A DNA stretch of 40,872 bases from Pseudobdellovibrionaceae bacterium (GTDB lineage Bacteria > Bdellovibrionota > Bdellovibrionia > Bdellovibrionales > Bdellovibrionaceae), in the NCBI GenBank assembly GCA_035914755.1, contig JAMIQD010000346.1, forward strand, positions 1 through 40,872, given 5' to 3'. The notes under the pieces were generated by a model. It saw nothing but the letters and a program-made list of their open reading frames with translations, was not told the origin of the DNA and searched no databases. The translations under genes and the position numbers were made by a program. This document shows positions 35,270 to 40,872 of this stretch, piece by piece (positions within the stretch are counted from its first letter, which is position 1; the number at the start of each line of letters is the position of its first letter).

Positions 35270-36791
35270 GATCCACTCCGTCTTCCGATGCCCCTGTTTG
35301 GTTTTCCACCTCGAACAAAAGGGCATCGTACTTTCGAAGATCGACCACCGGATGAACCCGGTTGAGTTTTTCTGAATCAAATCGAATCGGCGCGAGCTGG
35401 AGTGCCGTCTCTGTAGGATGATGCCGACGCCGGAGGTATAGTTCGACGTTGTCGACACCAACCAGGCCCGCGCCTAGGCATTCGGCACATGCGGCCAAAA
35501 CCATTTCCTCGCCGTACACGGTTGTGAGCGCAATCAATCGTGAAAGTTCATTCTTTAAACTGCGCGGACCTTGGCGAACCAACTCCACGTACTCGGCCAT
35601 CTTTGGCCCAAGACCCTTGACGTAGCCAAGCTGCCAACTTTCTCTGGTCGATCCGGGCTTGCGTTCAATCAGCCCTGCTCTGTGCGTCTCGGTCGTGAAG
35701 ACTTTGTTTTTTAAATAGCTTCGCTGGTGCGAGCAGATGAATTTCTCGTTATAGAAAATCTTGATTTCACGATCAGTGGCCCGAACTGTCACCGTGAGTC
35801 CAACAAGCGTCCATGGCACCGAGTAGCGATTCGACTCGTACTGCAAATGGAATTCCGGCGGGACGTGACGCGAAAGCACTTCGTCGGTGTCAAATGGGAC
35901 TGGGTTCAATTCAAGAAGTTTTGATTTTTCATCGGTATCGAACAATAGCCGAACCACGCGGCGATGACTTCGGTGTTCTCTCGAGTTTGCAACACCGTCC
36001 CGCCACTGTGAGAGCTGTCGTGAGAGATCATCAAAATCGGCAAAGCTTCGTGATGGCCAGAAATTCAATCGAATATATTTGATCAGATCCTCAACACGGC
36101 CCTTTTCGTTGCCGCGAGCCACGTTGCACGCATGCGGACGAATGCCATGATGCCCAAGATAGGCCATAAATCTCGTATTAAACCGAACAAGCTGCCCCAT
36201 CCGATCCGAAACGGCGGTTGCTAAGTTGTCGTACCAGCACTCTCGAGGCGTCCCGCCAAAAAACTGAAATGCGTTTTCGTGGCACCGGATGAACTCCTCA
36301 AATTTCTCTGAACGGGTAAATTCAACGTAGATCATCCGAGAGTAGGCGAGCACCATCGCGAAACAGTGGATCTTTACGCCGTCGCCAAAGACGTCGCCGA
36401 ACTCACCCCAGTCGACCTGGGCAACTTCGCCAGCGCCAAATTCCAGACGCAGAAAACCCTCACGTGGGCGAGTAAAACGACCGCGTTCTCGACTCACAAG
36501 CTCACGCAAGATTGTGAGACCGCCCGTATATCCTTGACCACGAAGTTGATTTAAAAGCGCCGTCGTTGTGGCCTTCGGATCTTTGCGCAAGAGCTCGCGC
36601 AGGTGCTCAAGGTACGGGTCAAGCTTGCTTGAACGCGTCGGCGTCTTCGGCATCAATGCGACCTGACGCCTCTCAATCACTCGACGAACTGTCTTACGGT
36701 CCAATCCCACTTCACGCGCAATCGATCTGATGGTACGCCGGTCAGTAAAATGAAGCGTCAAAATCAGCGCCTGAACTTCCGGGGTCAGCAT
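35052..36791 (-). CDS. istA: IS21 DDE transposase IstA
   Basis: IRSIAREVGLDRKTVRR HTH, AQVDWG, WYDN, KGRVE, NRYSVP. Confidence 0.95.
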   Translation of the reverse strand: MLTPEVQALILTLHFTDRRTIRSIAREVGLDRKTVRRVIERRQVALMPKTPTRSSKLDPYLEHLRELLRKDPKATTTALLNQLRGQGYTGGLTILRELVSRERGRFTRPREGFLRLEFGAGEVAQVDWGEFGDVFGDGVKIHCFAMVLAYSRMIYVEFTRSEKFEEFIRCHENAFQFFGGTPRECWYDNLATAVSDRMGQLVRFNTRFMAYLGHHGIRPHACNVARGNEKGRVEDLIKYIRLNFWPSRSFADFDDLSRQLSQWRDGVANSREHRSHRRVVRLLFDTDEKSKLLELNPVPFDTDEVLSRHVPPEFHLQYESNRYSVPWTLVGLTVTVRATDREIKIFYNEKFICSHQRSYLKNKVFTTETHRAGLIERKPGSTRESWQLGYVKGLGPKMAEYVELVRQGPRSLKNELSRLIALTTVYGEEMVLAACAECLGAGLVGVDNVELYLRRRHHPTETALQLAPIRFDSEKLNRVHPVVDLRKYDALLFEVENQTGASEDGVDRGNRTVTGGLCGVEAEVMDGVLDDGLAGDEGAGAGSGLAVLDSVDCKRASRAEDPIDPESNPRSEVQAPSNG

Positions 36792-37183
36792 TAATTCTCC
36801 GCATCGAAATAAAGCCTTCGCGCTTTGGATTTAAAACCAATGCAACGAAGACCTCTGCACCACAAGCAGCGCAGGTTTCTCTCTCGGAAAACGTTATGAC
36901 AGAATCGGCATGGACCTTTGTAGATGGATCAGTCTTGATTTTTTTGCCGAAGACGATATTCGCGCTGTCGTTGGATGTGGCTTTCGCGACCTGCATCAGT
37001 TTGATTGTAAATGCGTTGGCTCTCGCGATGGCGAGCAAGGAGGGCCGCCCTAGAACACTCATGAGAACAGTACTTTTGATTGCGCCAGCACGATCGACAG
37101 ATCGATACGACCCTGGAGCAGCGAGCACAGCTGAACTCCACCGCAGGACGCGGGCTAGCTTCGAGGGACGACGTGGTTTCCAC
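36742..37183 (-). other. Cys-rich accessory ORF of the IS21, apparently split by a frameshift at an A7 run
   Basis: CARC..ICRSC.R...YCSHEC in one frame (stop at 36929); the frame shifted by +1 continues KIKTDPSTK...CAACG to 36742; T7 on the plus strand at 36939-36945. Confidence 0.5.
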
Positions 37184-37358
37184 GGCTCAATGCTAAATCG
37201 AAAACCGGTGGTCCCTCAAACGCCGATGATCACGCTGGACCATGGGACCGGTAAACCGATGGAATTGGTCCCATTCAAAACCGTTGCGTCCAAGCATCCT
37301 GTCGGTAACAAACTAAGGCTCAAGTGCGCGCCTCAATAGGAACTTAGTAGTTTTGTTC

Positions 37359-39722
37359 CTACTTGCCACCTTTCAACCTTAAGGCGTTTCCGATGACAGA
37401 AACTGAACTTAAGCTCATAGCAAGAGCCGCGATCATAGGGCTCAATAACCAGCCAAAAATCGGATACAGAACGCCCGCCGCGAGCGGAACACCTAAAGCA
37501 TTGTACACAAATGCAAAGAACAAATTCTGCTTAATGTTGGCAATGGTTGATTCACTTAACTCGCGCGCACGCACAACACCTCTAAGATCACCTTTGACAA
37601 GAGTGACTCCGGCGCTTTTCATCGCGACATCAGTTCCCGTTCCCATCGCGATGCCAACTTGCGCTTGCGCAAGCGCTGGAGCGTCGTTGATGCCGTCTCC
37701 TGCCATTGCAACGATCTTACCTTCGGTTTGAAACTTTTTAACGATCTCAACTTTCTGATGCGGCAAAACATCTGCGATCACTTCATCAACGTGAACTCTT
37801 TTGGCAACCGCATTGGCAGTTCGCTTGTTGTCACCTGTAACCATGACAACCTTAAGACCCAATTTTTGAAGAGTATGAATTGCTTCCGGAGTCGTTTCTT
37901 TAATGGGATCTGCAACTCCAATTAAGCCTGCAAGCTTTCCATCAATCGCCACAAACATAACAGTTTGGCCCTCATCTCGAAGTTGGTCGGCCAAGCTCTC
38001 GCTGTCTTTTGAGTCAATCCCGATACTTTCCATTAAAGCGCGATTTCCAACTGCTACTTTGCGTCCCGATACAGTCGCATGAGCGCCCTTTCCAGTGATT
38101 GACTGAAAGTCTGAAGTTGCCTGAAGTGCGATGCTACGAGCCTCAGCTCCTTTGACGATGGCAGCCGCTAAAGGATGTTCACTTTCACGCTCAAGGCTTG
38201 CCGTGAGTTGGAGAAGAGCTTCTTCCGTCACACCCGAAAGAGTTTTTACCGTAACAAGCTTTGGCTTACCTTCTGTTAAAGTTCCTGTCTTATCCACAAT
38301 AAGGACTTGGACTTTTCTCAATAACTCAATAGCTTCAGCATCCTTGAAAAGAACTCCCATCTTGGCAGCGCGTCCCGTTGCGACCATAATTGACATAGGT
38401 GTCGCAAGACCAAGCGCACAAGGACAAGCAATAATGAGAACTGCTACAGCATTCACAATTGCATAAGCAAGTCTTGGCTCTGGTCCCCAGATTCCCCAGG
38501 TAATTGAAGTCAAGATAGCAATCAAAACGACAGCAGGGACAAAGTAACCTGAAACCTGATCGGCCAACTTTTGAATGGGCGCGCGTGATCTCTGCGCATC
38601 AGCAACCATCTGAATAATTTGAGAAAGCAAAGTATCTTTTCCGACTTTTTGAGCTCGGATAACAAGGGCTCCAGTTCCATTGATTGTTGCTGCAACTACT
38701 TTTGATTCAGGCACCTTCTCGGAAGGGATAGACTCACCGGTTACCATTGATTCATCAACAGCACTTGTTCCGGATACGACAACGCCATCAACGGGAATTT
38801 TCTCTCCAGGGCGAACTCGAAGTGTGTCGCCAATCGAAATTACATCAATTTCAATTTCTTCGTCAGAGCCATCGCTTTTAATTCTTCGAGCCGTTTTGGG
38901 CGCAAGACCTAAAAGCGCTTTGATCGCAGCCCCAGTTTGGCTTCGTGCTTTAAGTTCTAAAACTTGGCCAAGAAGGACCAGAGTCACAATCACTGCCGCA
39001 GGTTCAAAATAAAGTCCCACAAGGCCTGTCATGGGATCTTTAAACGAATCTGGAAAAAGTTGCGGAAATAAAATAGCAACGATACTAAATCCGTAGGCGA
39101 CCCCAACACCGAGTCCAATCAAGGTAAACATATTAGGACTTTTATTTTTGAGAGATTGCCAAAATCTCTCAAAAAAAGGCCAACCTCCCCAGAGAACGAC
39201 TGGAGTTGCCAAAAGAAGTTCGACATAACTAAGAGCTGCGTGAATGCTTGCAGACTCAATTAAATGGCGTCCGCCCATGGTGATAAAAAGAAGCGGAAGG
39301 CTTAACGCAGTTGAAATCCAAAAGCGTCTTCGCATATCGAAGTACTCAGTCTTATCTTCCTCATGATCGAGGGAAACCATCAAGGGCTCTAGTGCCATCC
39401 CACAAATCGGACAGCTACCGGGACCAATCTGTCGAACTTCTGGATGCATAGGGCAGGTGTATTCGACGTTTTGTGGTTGAGCTTTATTCTTAAGTTCAGG
39501 ATCAAGATACGATTCTGGGCTTGCGTCAAATTTAGTTTTGCATTTGGAATTACAAAAAAAGTATTCTTTTCTATTATAAGTGGATGATCCGCCTTTGACG
39601 GTGGCGGGATTTACTTTCATTCCGCAAACGGGATCAATTTGCTCGGAAGCATGTGATGAGTGACCGGTATGATGATGCCCATCATGATTATGCGTTGAGC
39701 AGCCAGAATGTTGATTCGTCAT
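37359..39722 (-). CDS. copA: Cu(I)/Ag(I)-translocating P1B-type ATPase with His-rich, YHS and CPMH domains
   Basis: DPVCGM...YFFC, YTCPMHP...[38 protein letters not shown]...MSLSS. Confidence 0.95.
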   Translation of the reverse strand: MTNQHSGCSTHNHDGHHHTGHSSHASEQIDPVCGMKVNPATVKGGSSTYNRKEYFFCNSKCKTKFDASPESYLDPELKNKAQPQNVEYTCPMHPEVRQIGPGSCPICGMALEPLMVSLDHEEDKTEYFDMRRRFWISTALSLPLLFITMGGRHLIESASIHAALSYVELLLATPVVLWGGWPFFERFWQSLKNKSPNMFTLIGLGVGVAYGFSIVAILFPQLFPDSFKDPMTGLVGLYFEPAAVIVTLVLLGQVLELKARSQTGAAIKALLGLAPKTARRIKSDGSDEEIEIDVISIGDTLRVRPGEKIPVDGVVVSGTSAVDESMVTGESIPSEKVPESKVVAATINGTGALVIRAQKVGKDTLLSQIIQMVADAQRSRAPIQKLADQVSGYFVPAVVLIAILTSITWGIWGPEPRLAYAIVNAVAVLIIACPCALGLATPMSIMVATGRAAKMGVLFKDAEAIELLRKVQVLIVDKTGTLTEGKPKLVTVKTLSGVTEEALLQLTASLERESEHPLAAAIVKGAEARSIALQATSDFQSITGKGAHATVSGRKVAVGNRALMESIGIDSKDSESLADQLRDEGQTVMFVAIDGKLAGLIGVADPIKETTPEAIHTLQKLGLKVVMVTGDNKRTANAVAKRVHVDEVIADVLPHQKVEIVKKFQTEGKIVAMAGDGINDAPALAQAQVGIAMGTGTDVAMKSAGVTLVKGDLRGVVRARELSESTIANIKQNLFFAFVYNALGVPLAAGVLYPIFGWLLSPMIAALAMSLSSVSVIGNALRLKGGK

Positions 39723-39731
39723 AAAACACCT

Positions 39732-40832
39732 CTACAAGTAAATATTAAGCATGAGCCAAGCAAAGTCAGTCGCATCTTGCGAATAAGACTTTTCTTTTCC
39801 CGCAAACAACATCAAATCAAAATGCGAATACGGGAGCCACTGAACCCCGAGTCCATAAGAATCAAATTGCGAATTGCGATCTGAGTCGTCAAGATTGGAG
39901 CGATCAAACTGAACAAACGGCGTGAGGCCCTTGATCGCTTCATACCCAAGTCTTGAGAAGGTCGCATAACCCTTCTCGTGAACTGATGTGGCTTTAACCG
40001 TTTTGTCTTGAAAAAAAACTTCAGAATTCAGATAGAGTTTTTCTGTGAGGCTAATCGTCACGTAGGGACCAAATACGACTCGTTCAAAATTACTTTGTCG
40101 CCCTTGATACGCGCTAATTCCCAGTCGAGACTTCTCTCGCCACAAATAGCTCGAATTTATAGAAATGCCCTGATCTTTTTTTACGGATTTTTCTTCAGGA
40201 GAATTGGAAATGAGCGTGAGCGAGTGATTGAAATTTTCTCCAATATAGTTCGTCTCTAAATTGTAGGATTCAGAGCCTTGATCCCATGCTAAACCTCGTC
40301 GGGTAGCTGATATATGATCTGGACCATTAAGTCCAAAAGACTGCATGAATTTTCCTAATCGCCCGACTATCTGCTCAGTGAATCGGTAAAGGACATAATG
40401 CCTTCTGGAGAAAAACTCTTTTAAATCCTTCGAGGCATCATTTGCGCGGTATCCAAATGTGGAAATTATTGCGAATTTTTCAGTATCGGCCCCAACTTCA
40501 AGATCTGCCTGCATGGGAATGAACTGCGCCTTTTCAACTTTTGGAGTGTCACGGTAGGTTTGCACTGCGCGCAGGAAAACCTGACTTCTCAACCATTGAA
40601 GTTTAGATTCATCTTCGGGATTAGAGAACATGAAACCAGAGGACTTCGTCGTACCCCATGTGCTCATAAGCTCTGAAGACAAAGAGCGTCCGTAGGGTGT
40701 TAAAACGCCTCCCCCAGATGGGGAGACGTGACAAGCTGTACACGAGAAATATCCATGTCGAACATTTTCAGGAAACGCAAAAGCGCTACGAGAAATAGAA
40801 ACAATCAAAAAAAGAATCAAAAATCTTATCAT
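39732..40832 (-). CDS. Secreted protein with an N-terminal CxxCH motif and a probable beta-barrel
   Basis: Signal peptide (AFA); CTACHVSPSGGGVLTPYGR; alternating aromatic strands ending ...MLNIYL. Confidence 0.7.
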   Translation of the reverse strand: MIRFLILFLIVSISRSAFAFPENVRHGYFSCTACHVSPSGGGVLTPYGRSLSSELMSTWGTTKSSGFMFSNPEDESKLQWLRSQVFLRAVQTYRDTPKVEKAQFIPMQADLEVGADTEKFAIISTFGYRANDASKDLKEFFSRRHYVLYRFTEQIVGRLGKFMQSFGLNGPDHISATRRGLAWDQGSESYNLETNYIGENFNHSLTLISNSPEEKSVKKDQGISINSSYLWREKSRLGISAYQGRQSNFERVVFGPYVTISLTEKLYLNSEVFFQDKTVKATSVHEKGYATFSRLGYEAIKGLTPFVQFDRSNLDDSDRNSQFDSYGLGVQWLPYSHFDLMLFAGKEKSYSQDATDFAWLMLNIYL

Positions 40833-40872
40833 TGTTTAGCAAGGTTTAAATTCATCCGAGTTTTAATCGTGA

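Larger units (their letters stand above)
34331..37292 (-). mobile_element. IS21-family insertion sequence (about 2.96 kb)
   Basis: TG...CA ends; about 53-bp imperfect terminal IRs (TGGAAGCGACGGTTTCGAAAGGGACCAATTTCATCGGTTTACCGGTCCCATGG and its counterpart at 37240-37292) with a 22-bp perfect core; istA and istB inside; no clear target duplication. Confidence 0.92.

Noticed and set aside
36896-37339. 147-aa plus-strand ORF
   Set aside because: It is antisense to the IS accessory ORF and crosses the IS terminal repeat; probably a shadow ORF.
1578-40259. Numerous 60-170 aa ORFs antisense to or nested in the long genes
   Set aside because: They are shadow frames of well-supported genes and show no recognisable motifs.

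Overview
Most of the window (about 845 to at least 32,100, probably continuing past the right edge) is an integrative conjugative element (ICE). The host is probably a Bdellovibrionota-like Gram-negative bacterium; that is inferred from protein style, not shown. On the minus strand the ICE carries a tyrosine integrase, an excisionase, a MOBP-type relaxase with MobC, a candidate oriT and a reduced F-like type IV secretion system (TraG-like, TraH-like, TraC/VirB4, TraV, TraB, TraK, TraE, TraL, pilin, a TraF-like thioredoxin, a PilB/GspE-type ATPase and a coupling protein apparently fused to TraU). Cargo includes a PIN/HTH toxin-antitoxin pair inside the tra region, a TIR plus membrane-effector operon on the opposite strand, and a copper-resistance region in which an IS21 element abuts a 5'-truncated cusA. 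The most notable system is a five-gene operon: small secreted protein, HExxH peptide-modifying enzyme, peptide-binding SBP, histidine kinase and sigma54 response regulator. It has a sigma54 promoter and three 16-bp boxes spaced exactly 42 bp apart. The same boxes, with the same 42-bp spacing and a second sigma54 promoter, sit upstream of the conjugation operon. This suggests an autoinducing, modified-peptide quorum-sensing circuit that controls ICE transfer. All assignments come from motif reading by eye; no database searches were run.
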